This document shows positions 45,701 to 55,586 of a DNA stretch of 64,000 nt, one piece after another. The DNA comes from Sphingobacteriia bacterium (GTDB taxonomy: Bacteria; Bacteroidota; Bacteroidia; Chitinophagales; Chitinophagaceae), in NCBI GenBank assembly GCA_947452295.1, contig CANGCK010000013.1:872-64871 (forward strand), in the 5' to 3' direction. The stretch's first letter is position 1; the number at the start of each line of letters is the position of its first letter. Made by a program: the position numbers and the translations under genes. Under the pieces are notes generated by a model, which ran no database searches, was not told where the DNA came from, and saw only the letters and a list, made by a program, of their open reading frames with translations.

Positions 45701-48700
45701 GCCTATTATCCTACAGAAAAAGGAGCATATAACTTTGAAACATCTCCCGGACAGGTTACCGCTTCCGGAAAATTAACCAACCCGGCCACTCGTTGGGGAG
45801 GTATTATGCGTTCTATAGATCAAACAGATTTTGAAACCAATAATATTGAATTTGTTGAATTTTGGGTGCAAAACCCTTTTATTACCAATCCTAATAGTAA
45901 AGGCGGTAAACTCTATTTAAACTTTGGTAATATTAGTGAAGATGTGTTGAAAGATGGCAAGCGTTTTTATGAAAATGGAATGAATACGCCCAATGTTCCT
46001 GCAGCAGTAGATAGCAGCAATACTTGGGGTAAAACACCAGTAAATCCAATTCAAATTACTCAGGCATTTAGTAATGATCCAAATGACAGACCTTTTCAGG
46101 ATGTGGGATTTGATGGGTTAGATGACGATGGTGAAAGAAGAAAAAGATCAACTACGCTACAAAAATTAGCCAATAATTTTGGCGCTACTTCTCCTATTTA
46201 TGCGGCAGCAATTAATGATCCTTCTAACGATAATTATCGTTGGTTTAGAGATCCGGTATATGATGCTGCAGGTACAGGTATTTTAGGTAGATATAAAAAC
46301 TTTAATAACCCGCAAGGCAATTCGCCTATTGCAACTACCGGCGGTCAGTTTACTTCAGCCGCTACTTTGTTTCCGGATAATGAAGATTTAAATAGAGACA
46401 ATACACTTAATGAAACAGAAGCTTATTACGAATATGAGCTTCAATTAAAACCTGGTATGGATGTTGGCGTAACTCCCTTTGTTACGGATAAAAGAAGAAT
46501 AACCGTAAATGCAGCCGATGGTACTACTAAATCAGAAGACTGGTTTTTGTTCAGAGTGCCTATTAGAGGGTATAGTAAAAGAGTGGGCAATATACCCGAC
46601 TTTAAATCGATTCGTTTTACAAGATTGTATTTAACAGACTTTGAAGATTCTATTGTACTTCGTTTAGCCAGAATGGATTTAGTGAGAAATCAATGGCGAC
46701 AATTTACTTATAATGTTGATACTACAGGTTCATATACTCCCATTAACAATTCTACAGGTACAACTTTCAATACCTTATCGGTTAATTTAGAAGAAAACGG
46801 TAGCAGACAACCGGTAAATTATATCATGCCACCATCTGTTGAACGGGTGCAAATTTTGAGTAATAATGGGGTAAACCTTCAACAAAATGAGCAGGCTGTA
46901 AGTATGCGTATTAAAAATTTAAATAGTGGTGATGCACGTGGTATTTTCAAAACACTTAACATGGATATGCGTCGCTATTCTAAATTATCGATGTATTTAC
47001 ATGCCGAGTCTGTTGTTGGTCAACGACCATTGGTTGATAATGAATTAAAAGCAATCATCAGAATTGGACAAGATTTTTTGAACAACTATTATGAAATTAA
47101 AATTCCTCTTAAAGTAACACAACCGGGCAATTACGTTCGGGGTCAAGAAGAAAAAGTATGGCCGGTAGAAAACAATCTTGATTTTAATTTAAGGCAGCTG
47201 ATTGATTTAAAATTACAGCGAAATAACTCTGGCGCTAACGTAACCAGCATATACAGACAAATAATTGACAATAAATCCTTCTCTATAATGGGTAATCCTA
47301 ATTTAGGAGAAGTGCGTGGCATATTGGTGGCAATTGAAAATCCTGCATCTAATGACTATGCAATTAGTTCAGAAGTATGGATGAATGAATTGCGATTATC
47401 GGGTATAGATGAACAAGGTGGTTGGGCTGCATTAGGTAGGGTAGATCTTACATTGGCCGATCTAGGAACACTAACCGTATCTGCCAATAAGTATACGCAA
47501 GGTTTTGGTACCATTGAGCAACGTGTAAATGAAAGAGCAAAAGACAATTTAACTCAATTTGATATTGCTGCCAATATTGATGCAGGTAAATTAGTGCCTA
47601 AGGAAGCCAAGCTTTCTATTCCGGTTTACGCTAGTGTTAACAGAAGTATACGAACGCCAGAGTTTGATCCCTACGATTTAGACATTTCTTTTAAAGAAAA
47701 ATTAGCTAAAAGTTCAGCAGCAATCCGCGATTCAATGAATAAAGCAGCTGCAGATCAAACAACCATCAAAACCATTAACTTCACTAATGTGCGGGTAATG
47801 CCCGGATCCGGGAAGCCCGGGTTGTTGAAATTGAGTAATTTTGATTTTAGTTATGCATTTTCACAAACAGATCACTCAAGCCCTGTAATACTTCAAAACA
47901 AAATCATTCGTCATAGAGGTGGTTTAGGCTATACATATAATGCACAAAGCCGTTATATAGAACCGTTTAAAAAAATGATCAAAGGACGTTCTCCATGGCT
48001 AACATGGTTGCGCGATGCCAATGTAAATCTTAAACCTTCCTTCTTGAGTTTTAGGGCCGATATTAATCGCCAATTTGGAGAATTTATTCCTAGAATAGTT
48101 AATTCTTACAGTAATAAAGTTGAGAGGGTAGATACCACTTACGACAAATATTTTACTTTCGACAGATTTTATAACATGAGATGGGATCTTACCCGTTCAT
48201 TGAATGTAGATTTTAATGCCAATAATAACGCAAGAATTGACGAACCCAATGGGCGAATTGATCAGCCTTGGAAAAAAGATTCATTAAGAAGTAATTTCTT
48301 CAATGGTGGTCGCAATACTTTGTATCAACAAAAAGTATTGATGAACTATAATATACCATTAAATAAATTGCCATTTTCTGATTGGATTAATGCCAGATAT
48401 AGTTATGGCACTTCTTATAGCTGGATTGGTGCTAGCCGTATTGCGGTTGACTTAGGTAACACAATAGAAAATTCACAGGAAAATAATTTGAATGCACAAT
48501 TTAGCTTTGCTAATTTATATGCAAAATCTAAGTGGTTGAGAAATATAAACAATATTCAACCTCCAAGACAAAAATTACCTGCAAATGTTAAACCGTTGGG
48601 AAGCTCTCCATTAGGTATAACACTCCAAACAAAAGAAGAAGCGCTTAAAGATTTAAAAGGCAAGCCAAGAACATTGGCGCTACAAAAATGGAGACAGCAA

Positions 48701-50200
48701 AGAAGAGACATTCGATTGGCTGAAAAGCTTAGCAGAGAAGGGTTTCAATCCGATGCGTCTGGCTTTGAAAAAGGTATGGGCAAGTTTGTAACGATGATAA
48801 AAAATGTATCGATTAATTATGGTGCTAATTTTAGAAGTCGACTCCCCGGGTATATGGATAGTGCGCAATTTATTGGACAGAATTTTAAAACAATGGCACC
48901 GGGTTTAGATTATGTATTTGGCAAACAACCCGATAACGCATGGATTAATCAAAAAATAGCTAAAGGGTTACTCACCAAAGACAGTACCTTTAATTTTTTA
49001 TTCCGTCAAAGTTTTGAGCAACGATTGAATATAACAGCTCAATTAGAACCGATAAGAGATTTAATTATCGATTTAAATATCGATAAAACATTCACTAAAG
49101 ATTATTCAGCATTAATAAAAGACACTACTGGAACTGGAAATCATTTTGGTCAATTAAATCCATTATTCAATGGCGGTTTCAGTGTGTCATATATTGCATT
49201 TAATACTATGTTTGATGCACAAAATCCCAATGAAATTTCTGCTACTTTTAAAAAGTTTCAGGATTCAAGGGTGGTGCTTTCGCAGCGAGTAGCCGAACTT
49301 AATCCGTATTGGCAAGCGTTACCAGAAAACCAAAAGTATACTCCAGATGGCTATGCTAAAGGGTATGGCAGGTATTCACAAGAAGTATTGGTGCCAGCTT
49401 TTATTGCTGCCTATACAGGAAAAGATCCTAGAAGTGTTAGCTTAATGAAAGAAGCATCTCAAACAATCAGCGCCAATCCGTTTAAAGGAATTATCCCGAA
49501 ACCTAGTTGGAAATTAACCTATACAGGGCTAAGTAAAATTCCTTCATTGGCTGCCACATTTACCAATATTACCATTACACATGGTTACAATGGACAATTA
49601 AGTATGAATAGTTTTAATAGTGCACTATTGTACCAAGATCCATTTAGGTATAATGCGCCGGGTTTCATAGATACTACAAGCGGCAATTATATACCATTCT
49701 TCTTAGTACCTAATATAACTGTTTCTGAACGTTTTGAACCTTTGTTAAAAGTCGACTTTACAACAGTTGGTCAGTTTAATTTTAATTTTGAATATAGAAA
49801 GAGTCGTCAATTGAGTATGAGCTTAGTAGATTATCAGTTAAGTGAGAGTAGGAGTACAGAAATGATTTTAGGAATGAACTGGCGTAAAAAAGGAATTACT
49901 TTGCCATTTAAAATTCCTGGAATGGGGGGTAAAACTTTACAAAACGACATCAATATTAAATTCGATATTTCACTACGAGATGTGGCAAATAGTAATAGTA
50001 GATTAGATCAAGCTAATGCGTATGGTACTGGAGGACAAAAAGAAATAACCATCATGCCGGCTATTGATTATATTATGAATAACAGAGTAAGTATAAGATT
50101 CTTCTTTGATCAAAGGCGGGTAACCCCTTATATATCTACCTCTGCACCAATGGTAAATACAAGGGCTGGAATCAATATTCGAGTTTCATTATCGCAATAA
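42785..50200 (+). CDS. sprA: T9SS translocon / gliding-motility cell-surface protein SprA (Sov family)
   Basis: 2471-aa ORF with a signal peptide and a beta-rich C-terminus. Giant size and the conserved position after ruvA match SprA. The apparent TTG start at 42785 has moderate confidence. Confidence 0.85.
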   Translation: MKTPNILLVAYLLFCCVSLSAQQSDSLRYPISDRRGDLFSSKSNNPFDLRDTNLIKQSVQYDPTTKTYFIQEKIGGRNYRKPVNLTFDEYMQIQSKNDETEYFKKRADALTQLNKKTPRPPMRAYEKLFDRIFGIGSENLKSALPSLGAINDKVKSVVNIKDQVTDGAKKLKDQLKDGNKKINDLVADPLSNPFKFDIKPSGEVNILAGYQGQNIKNPTLPERARKNGGFDFDMNANLNLNANIGDKLKFPINYNTLSNLGFDNQLKLNYKGMDDEIIKTLEAGNINFQTKSTLITSAQNLFGVKSQLQFGKLFVTAALANQRSSRQSVGLQGGAATQAFQKRLDDYEENRHFLLANYFRTNYNKTMKNLPVVNSQVQIQRVEVWVTNRTGATTEARDIVGLTDLGEPNPYNPVTHSYGGNQLPANGANDLFSSLVSNPNARNPAFVNSLLLSKGLRPVDDYEKTFARKLSPNEYYFNPQAGFISINSQLQSDEVLAIAYQYTYNGKVFQVGEFSQDIALDSNRGVQKVLFLKLLKATSQRTESPLWGLMMKNVYSLDLFGGIQRDEFKLNVLYEEPSGGLKRYLPETSPAADGKSLLRILNLDRLNNRNDPQPDGVFDYIEGFTILPQLGRVVFPVLEPFGRDLDTLAFAGMSTATKKKYIYYQLYDSIKAIAQTYANLNRFVMQGQVKGSSGGSEIYLNAFNIPQGSVSVTAGGQVLREGRDYIVDYNLGTVKIINQGLLSSNIPVKVSFENNIGFGVQQRGFTGLRLDYIANKKFNWGATMVKLGERPFFTKMSYGDDPIKNTMYGFDFSYRNSFPGLTRMLNRLPFYETKAKSSISAYGEVAVLKPGHPSQIGQGDQGLIFIDDFEGTRASIDLRFPYTSWVMASTPQGNPRFPEAILTDSLDYNKNRAKLAWYNIEPNLQDKNSTNNPLRKNLVELSDPRVRQIFTNELFPQRTTNITDVQAATFDLAYYPTEKGAYNFETSPGQVTASGKLTNPATRWGGIMRSIDQTDFETNNIEFVEFWVQNPFITNPNSKGGKLYLNFGNISEDVLKDGKRFYENGMNTPNVPAAVDSSNTWGKTPVNPIQITQAFSNDPNDRPFQDVGFDGLDDDGERRKRSTTLQKLANNFGATSPIYAAAINDPSNDNYRWFRDPVYDAAGTGILGRYKNFNNPQGNSPIATTGGQFTSAATLFPDNEDLNRDNTLNETEAYYEYELQLKPGMDVGVTPFVTDKRRITVNAADGTTKSEDWFLFRVPIRGYSKRVGNIPDFKSIRFTRLYLTDFEDSIVLRLARMDLVRNQWRQFTYNVDTTGSYTPINNSTGTTFNTLSVNLEENGSRQPVNYIMPPSVERVQILSNNGVNLQQNEQAVSMRIKNLNSGDARGIFKTLNMDMRRYSKLSMYLHAESVVGQRPLVDNELKAIIRIGQDFLNNYYEIKIPLKVTQPGNYVRGQEEKVWPVENNLDFNLRQLIDLKLQRNNSGANVTSIYRQIIDNKSFSIMGNPNLGEVRGILVAIENPASNDYAISSEVWMNELRLSGIDEQGGWAALGRVDLTLADLGTLTVSANKYTQGFGTIEQRVNERAKDNLTQFDIAANIDAGKLVPKEAKLSIPVYASVNRSIRTPEFDPYDLDISFKEKLAKSSAAIRDSMNKAAADQTTIKTINFTNVRVMPGSGKPGLLKLSNFDFSYAFSQTDHSSPVILQNKIIRHRGGLGYTYNAQSRYIEPFKKMIKGRSPWLTWLRDANVNLKPSFLSFRADINRQFGEFIPRIVNSYSNKVERVDTTYDKYFTFDRFYNMRWDLTRSLNVDFNANNNARIDEPNGRIDQPWKKDSLRSNFFNGGRNTLYQQKVLMNYNIPLNKLPFSDWINARYSYGTSYSWIGASRIAVDLGNTIENSQENNLNAQFSFANLYAKSKWLRNINNIQPPRQKLPANVKPLGSSPLGITLQTKEEALKDLKGKPRTLALQKWRQQRRDIRLAEKLSREGFQSDASGFEKGMGKFVTMIKNVSINYGANFRSRLPGYMDSAQFIGQNFKTMAPGLDYVFGKQPDNAWINQKIAKGLLTKDSTFNFLFRQSFEQRLNITAQLEPIRDLIIDLNIDKTFTKDYSALIKDTTGTGNHFGQLNPLFNGGFSVSYIAFNTMFDAQNPNEISATFKKFQDSRVVLSQRVAELNPYWQALPENQKYTPDGYAKGYGRYSQEVLVPAFIAAYTGKDPRSVSLMKEASQTISANPFKGIIPKPSWKLTYTGLSKIPSLAATFTNITITHGYNGQLSMNSFNSALLYQDPFRYNAPGFIDTTSGNYIPFFLVPNITVSERFEPLLKVDFTTVGQFNFNFEYRKSRQLSMSLVDYQLSESRSTEMILGMNWRKKGITLPFKIPGMGGKTLQNDINIKFDISLRDVANSNSRLDQANAYGTGGQKEITIMPAIDYIMNNRVSIRFFFDQRRVTPYISTSAPMVNTRAGINIRVSLSQ

Positions 50201-50220
50201 TTATTTGCTAGCGTATAATT

Positions 50221-50262
50221 AAAAAAAGATCCCGACTACTCCAGTAATCGGGATCTTTTTTT
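50221..50262. terminator. Bidirectional rho-independent terminator between sprA and the convergent ABC operon
   Basis: A7 run, stem gatcccga / tcgggatc, T7 run. Confidence 0.75.
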
Positions 50263-50311
50263 ACTGCTCAACTTATTTTAGAACTATTCATTTTTAAGGT
50301 AATAAGTCGGA

Positions 50312-51646
50312 TTATTTTTTTCTAAATATCCATTTTCCCATTTCTTTCCAGGTAACTTTTTTGCCGTACATTAAAATTCCGGTACGGTATATTTTACCAC
50401 TTAACCAAGTAGTAAGCAAAAAACCACCCACTAAACTAAACATACTTGCTGCTAATTGGGTATAAGTAACCGTGCCAGGTATGCCATAGGCTATTCTAGC
50501 CATCATAACCATTGGAGAACTAAATGGTATAATACTTGCCCAAGTGGCAATGGATGTATTGGGATCTTGAACTGCATTACTCATAATAATGAACGAAAAA
50601 ATAATGGGCATTGTAATGGGCAGCATTAAACTTTGTGCATCTTGCGGATCTTCATTTACTACACTTCCTACTGCAGCAAAAAGTGCAGCATAAAAAAGAT
50701 ACCCCCCAATAAAATAAAAAATAAAAAATCCAATAATAACAGGCCAATTTGCAGTGCTCATCGTATGCTGTACACTATATATTTTGCTTGCTGCTTCACT
50801 GGCTTGTATCATTCCACCCGCTGGTATTTGACCATTGTATTGCTGTAAAGTGTTTACTTGCATCAACACATCATGCGGAATAATAAATTGAGCCGCTGTT
50901 GTTAATCCCATAATCAACACAATCCATAATAAAAATTGAGTTAACCCAACGGCGCCAATTCCAACAATTTTGCCCATCATTAATTGAAAAGGTTTTACAC
51001 TACTGATCATTACTTCTGCAATGCGATTTGTTTTTTCTTCCATAACGCCGCGCATTACCATCGCACCATAAATAAACATAGTAATGTAAATGAGCATGCC
51101 GCTTCCAAAACCTATACCATAAGAAAGTGCTGCATTGCTTTCTTTAGCAGAGTTTCCTTGCTCTTCCATAGAAGTAAGTTGAGCAAATTGAGATTCTTTT
51201 CTAATGGAATCGAGTTGTGCTCTTTCTATACCGGCATTTTGCAACATATTGTCTTCAATAGCACTATTGATTTTGTTGCTAATGGTTTCTTCGGTACTTA
51301 ATCCAATTCTTTTTTCAGATCGAATTATATAGTTTATTTTTTGAGAGCCATTAAATTTTGGAATAATTAAAATATCAGTATACCCTTTCGAAATATAATT
51401 AGTGGTATCTATGCCTTGCGGAAATTCGAAGACAATATGTTCGGTATTTGTTAGGTTGCCCTTAAAATAACCATTGTAATCTATAACCGCAATTTTATGT
51501 TGATCCTTACCTTGGATGGCAAAATAGGTAGCACCCACAAAAAACAATACCATTAAAAGGGGAGTAAGAATAGTAGTAAGTAAAAAACGTTTATTCTTTA
51601 CCCTACTTAGGTATTCTCTTTGAATGATGATGATAATTTTATTCAT
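50312..51646 (-). CDS. ABC-2 type transporter permease (NatB-like, large extracytoplasmic loop)
   Basis: N-terminal TM, about 150-aa soluble loop, then five or more TM segments; downstream of the cognate ATPase. Confidence 0.75.
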   Translation of the reverse strand: MNKIIIIIQREYLSRVKNKRFLLTTILTPLLMVLFFVGATYFAIQGKDQHKIAVIDYNGYFKGNLTNTEHIVFEFPQGIDTTNYISKGYTDILIIPKFNGSQKINYIIRSEKRIGLSTEETISNKINSAIEDNMLQNAGIERAQLDSIRKESQFAQLTSMEEQGNSAKESNAALSYGIGFGSGMLIYITMFIYGAMVMRGVMEEKTNRIAEVMISSVKPFQLMMGKIVGIGAVGLTQFLLWIVLIMGLTTAAQFIIPHDVLMQVNTLQQYNGQIPAGGMIQASEAASKIYSVQHTMSTANWPVIIGFFIFYFIGGYLFYAALFAAVGSVVNEDPQDAQSLMLPITMPIIFSFIIMSNAVQDPNTSIATWASIIPFSSPMVMMARIAYGIPGTVTYTQLAASMFSLVGGFLLTTWLSGKIYRTGILMYGKKVTWKEMGKWIFRKK

Positions 51647-51699
51647 ATATATATGATTAATAGGATGAGTTAACTATTTAATTGCAAACAGAGTTACAA

Positions 51700-52665
51700 T
51701 TAATTGGTGATGATATTTTTCTCAAATGCTCTTGTTGTAGCAGCAGTACCTTCAACTAATTGTATAAATATTTCATTCAGTGAAGGAAGTATTTCATTGA
51801 ATGATTCAATAGAATAATTTTGTTGAATAAAATAGTTCAATACATCATTGCTTTTAAAGCCCTCATTGATTTTAACAACAATTTCCTTGTCTAATAATTG
51901 AGTTACATTGAATACATTAGAATTGATTTCTTGTGGAAATTCTTGTAATTTGATACTAAATTTATTTTCTTTATACTGTTGTTTAATTTCACCGATAGTA
52001 CCATCTAACACTTTTTTTCCCAAATTAACTAGTACGATTTGATCACAAATCTCTTCTACCTGCTCCATTCTATGCGTGCTAAAAATAATTGTACTTCCGT
52101 TTTTAGATAATCGATATATTTCTTCTTTAATTAGATTAGCATTCAAGGGGTCTAACCCGCTAAAAGGCTCGTCTAAAATAATTAATTTAGGCTCATGTAA
52201 TACAGTAGTTACAAATTGTAGTTTTTGACTCATGCCTTTGCTGAGGTCTTCTACTTTTTTGTTCCACCATGTTTCCATTTCAAGGCGTTTGAACCAAAAT
52301 TTTATTTTGCCCATTGCTTCAGACTTGCTCAAACCCTTTAGTTGTGCTAAATACAGAGCTTGTTCCCCAATTTTCATTTTTTTGTACAAGCCTCTTTCTT
52401 CAGGCATGTAACCTATTTTAATAATGTCTTCTGCGGGGTTAAAAATTTTCCCATCAAACTGTATACTGCCACTATCTGGGTAGAAAATACCAGTTATCAT
52501 TCGCAGAAGTGTTGTTTTACCCGCACCATTGGGGCCTAGCAATCCAAAAATACTCCCACGTTGAATAGAAAAGCTAATATCATCAACAGCTTTTTGAGTA
52601 GCATAATATTTTTTTAGCTGATCGATTTTTAAAATCTCATTCATATATGTATTGATTTTGGTCAA
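51700..52665 (-). CDS. ABC transporter ATP-binding protein (NatA-like)
   Basis: Walker A GPNGAGKTT, signature LSKGMSQKL, Walker B IILDEPFSGLD. The start may be ATG 52644. Confidence 0.88.
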   Translation of the reverse strand: MTKINTYMNEILKIDQLKKYYATQKAVDDISFSIQRGSIFGLLGPNGAGKTTLLRMITGIFYPDSGSIQFDGKIFNPAEDIIKIGYMPEERGLYKKMKIGEQALYLAQLKGLSKSEAMGKIKFWFKRLEMETWWNKKVEDLSKGMSQKLQFVTTVLHEPKLIILDEPFSGLDPLNANLIKEEIYRLSKNGSTIIFSTHRMEQVEEICDQIVLVNLGKKVLDGTIGEIKQQYKENKFSIKLQEFPQEINSNVFNVTQLLDKEIVVKINEGFKSNDVLNYFIQQNYSIESFNEILPSLNEIFIQLVEGTAATTRAFEKNIITN

Positions 52666-52729
52666 TTAGATGTTTCCTATGATTGTTGGTTGAAATGTTA
52701 GACAATATTAATGGATCTTCTAATGTACA

Positions 52730-54313
52730 TTAACTATTCATTTTTTGATGAATTAATTGAGCTATTTTTTGACCATCCATTGCAGCACTTACAATTCCTC
52801 CGGCATAACCAGCACCTTCCCCGCAGGGATATAAATTGTTTAATTGAGGATGTGTTAAAGTATCTGCTAAGCGTGGGATTCTTACCGGAGAAGAAGTTCT
52901 GCTTTCAGTAGCCACTACAACGGCTTCATTGGTAAAATATCCTTTCATTTTTTTCCCAAAGCTATTAAATCCACCTTGTAAACTTTTTAAAATAAACGAT
53001 GGTAATACTTCATTGATTTCAGTAGCAGTAATGCCGGGTAAATAGCTGCAGTCAGGCAGGTTGGTAGAAAGTTTATTGTTGCAAAAATCTACCATTCTTT
53101 GAGCAGGAGCTACAAAATTTCCTCCGCCAATATCAAATGCTTTTTTTTCAATGGCTTGTTGAAAATGCATTAGCAGTAAAGGACTTTGCTGAATAGGGTA
53201 GTTTTTTTGTTTAAAATAATCGAGCGCATCTTTTTCCGTTACCTGAACTACCATGCCACTATTAGCATAGGGGTTGTTTCTTTTACTGGGACTCCAGCCA
53301 TTTACTACCAATTCCCCAGGATCAGTAGCTGCCGGAGCAATAATTCCACCAGGACACATACAAAAACTAAATACGCCTCTTTCATTAACCTGTTCAACCA
53401 AACTGTATGAAGCGGGAGGCAAATTTTCATCCCTTATAGCACAGTGGTATTGAGCAGAATCTATAATATGTTGCGGATGTTCAATTCTAACACCTAAAGC
53501 AAATGGTTTAGCTTCAATGGATATACTTTTTTTGTGTAACAGATTAAAGACATCTCTTGCCGAATGGCCGGTTGCCAAAATATAGGCATCTGCTATAAGT
53601 TGATCGCCATCTGCTGTTGTAATACTATTAATGTTATTATTGTTAAAAGAGAAATCAATCAATTTTTTATTGAACAATACTTCACCACCGCAGTCAATAA
53701 TTTGTTGACGCATTGCAGTAATGATATGCGGTAATTTATTAGTGCCAATGTGTGGATGTGATTGGTAAAGTACAGATTCGTCGGCACCAAACTGGTAAAA
53801 TAGTTGAAGTACTTTTTGAATATTGCCTCTTTTGCTACTTCTAGTATACAATTTACCATCGCTATAAGTTCCGGCACCGCCTTCTCCAAAGCAGTAGTTG
53901 CTTTCAGGGTTTACAATCCCTTCTTTATTTAGTTTAGCAAGATCTCTTCTTCTTTCTTTAACATCTTTACCTCTTTCAATTACAATGGGTTTAATACCTA
54001 ATTCTAGCAGTTGAAGCGCAGCAAATAGCCCTGCGGGACCTGCTCCTATTATGATTACGGTTTTTTGGGCTTTTTGTACAGATAAAAATTCATAATATTT
54101 TTTACTAACCGCAATAAAGGGTTCGTGTATAAATGCCCTTACTGTTAAGTTTACCCATGCTTGTTTGCTACGCGCGTCTATCGATTGCTTGATGATGATA
54201 AATCCAGCAAGTGCATCCAGTGAAATGGATGCACTTGCTGAAATATATGAACGTATGATTTTTTCTGATGCGGCTTCATGCGGCTTCAGTTTAAGCGTAA
54301 TTTCTTTTTGCAT
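52730..54313 (-). CDS. FAD-dependent oxidoreductase, COG2509-like
   Basis: Dinucleotide-binding motif IIIGAGPAGLFAAL and the C-terminal GEGAGYAGGI motif; 527 aa. Confidence 0.75.
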   Translation of the reverse strand: MQKEITLKLKPHEAASEKIIRSYISASASISLDALAGFIIIKQSIDARSKQAWVNLTVRAFIHEPFIAVSKKYYEFLSVQKAQKTVIIIGAGPAGLFAALQLLELGIKPIVIERGKDVKERRRDLAKLNKEGIVNPESNYCFGEGGAGTYSDGKLYTRSSKRGNIQKVLQLFYQFGADESVLYQSHPHIGTNKLPHIITAMRQQIIDCGGEVLFNKKLIDFSFNNNNINSITTADGDQLIADAYILATGHSARDVFNLLHKKSISIEAKPFALGVRIEHPQHIIDSAQYHCAIRDENLPPASYSLVEQVNERGVFSFCMCPGGIIAPAATDPGELVVNGWSPSKRNNPYANSGMVVQVTEKDALDYFKQKNYPIQQSPLLLMHFQQAIEKKAFDIGGGNFVAPAQRMVDFCNNKLSTNLPDCSYLPGITATEINEVLPSFILKSLQGGFNSFGKKMKGYFTNEAVVVATESRTSSPVRIPRLADTLTHPQLNNLYPCGEGAGYAGGIVSAAMDGQKIAQLIHQKMNS

Positions 54314-54356
54314 ATTGTCAGGTTTTTATCCTAAAAAGCAATGAATTATATTCACT

Positions 54357-54731
54357 TTAAAAAGGAAGTTCATCTGCATCTTCAGCAGGAGGAATATCTG
54401 AATATTCTGGAGAAGGCGGTATATCTACATCTACAGAAAGTTTTAAGGTTTCCATTCTCCAAGCATCTAAATTAGTAATATAATTATCTTTTCCATCCTT
54501 AGTCCATTTAGTGCCTTTGATATTAAATTGCACTTTAACCTCATCCCCAATATTATATTTATCTGGCATTGCGGTTTTATCTTGCACACATTGAAATTTT
54601 ACATAATTGGTAATCGCTTTACCATTAATGTTATCTGTTTTTTCAATAACAAATTCTCTTGTTTTAAAGGTTTCAGTACGTTGAACAATGTCAAATTTTG
54701 CCACCAATTTTCCGGTAATTTCGTAACTCAT
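54357..54731 (-). CDS. DUF3127-like protein with acidic C-terminal tip ...AEDADELPF
   Basis: The N-terminal ~95 aa (ITGKLVAKFDIVQRTETFKTREFVIE...KFQCVQDK) resemble DUF3127, followed by a Pro-rich linker and an acidic tail. Confidence 0.65.
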   Translation of the reverse strand: MSYEITGKLVAKFDIVQRTETFKTREFVIEKTDNINGKAITNYVKFQCVQDKTAMPDKYNIGDEVKVQFNIKGTKWTKDGKDNYITNLDAWRMETLKLSVDVDIPPSPEYSDIPPAEDADELPF

Positions 54732-54842
54732 TATTAATTAAATTATTAAGTAACAAAATTAGGGTTAATTCATTCTTTTAATAAAAAAAATAATTTTTTG
54801 AATGATAAAATTAGTACCTTCCTTCTCGTTCAAAACATTAAA

Positions 54843-55586
54843 ATGCATTCCAAAAGTTTACTGAACATTTTGTTGATTGTAACAGTTGGGTGCAGTACAG
54901 TTAGTAAGCCAATATCTTTGAGTTATGCAACTTATAAAGTTGCTCAACAGGCTAAAACCGATACTGCATTAGTTAATATGTTACTACCTTACTCTGGCGA
55001 TGTAAGTCGTATGATGAAGAAGGTAATAGGCTTTTCTACAACTACTATGTATAAAAAACAACCCGAAAGTGTGTTGGGTAATTTTATGGCAGATTGTATT
55101 AAGGAAATGGCTGAGGTGAAATTTCAAACGAAAGTAGATGTTGGGTTTATGAATCAGGGTGGAATTAGAGCTGAAATCAATAAAGGAAATATTGCTTTAG
55201 GAAATGTATATGAATTAATGCCATTTGATAATTTAGTAGTGCTGCAGCGGGTAAAGGGAGATGTTTTAGAAAAATTTATTCAAAGAATTGCTGCCGATGG
55301 AGGATGGCCAATTTCTAAGAATTCTTCTTTTGTTATACAATCAAAAAAAGCAATAGAAATTTATATAAATGGGAAGCCACTTGATATGAATACGATTTAT
55401 ACGGTGGCTAATACAGATTATATTGCTAATGGAGGAAGTAATGCTGATATGCTAAAAGGAATACCAATGCAAAATAGCGGGTATTTGTTGCGGGATGCAT
55501 TAGTTGACTATATAGAAAATTTAACCAAGCAAGGAAAGCCGGTTGACGGTAAAATAGAAAATAGAGTACGTATAATTAATGAATAG
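54843..55586 (+). CDS. 5'-nucleotidase C-terminal (substrate-binding) domain lipoprotein
   Basis: Lipoprotein signal LLIVTVGCS; motifs MNQGGIRA, ELMPFDN and NTDYIANGG of the UshA-type C-domain. Confidence 0.8.
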   Translation: MHSKSLLNILLIVTVGCSTVSKPISLSYATYKVAQQAKTDTALVNMLLPYSGDVSRMMKKVIGFSTTTMYKKQPESVLGNFMADCIKEMAEVKFQTKVDVGFMNQGGIRAEINKGNIALGNVYELMPFDNLVVLQRVKGDVLEKFIQRIAADGGWPISKNSSFVIQSKKAIEIYINGKPLDMNTIYTVANTDYIANGGSNADMLKGIPMQNSGYLLRDALVDYIENLTKQGKPVDGKIENRVRIINE

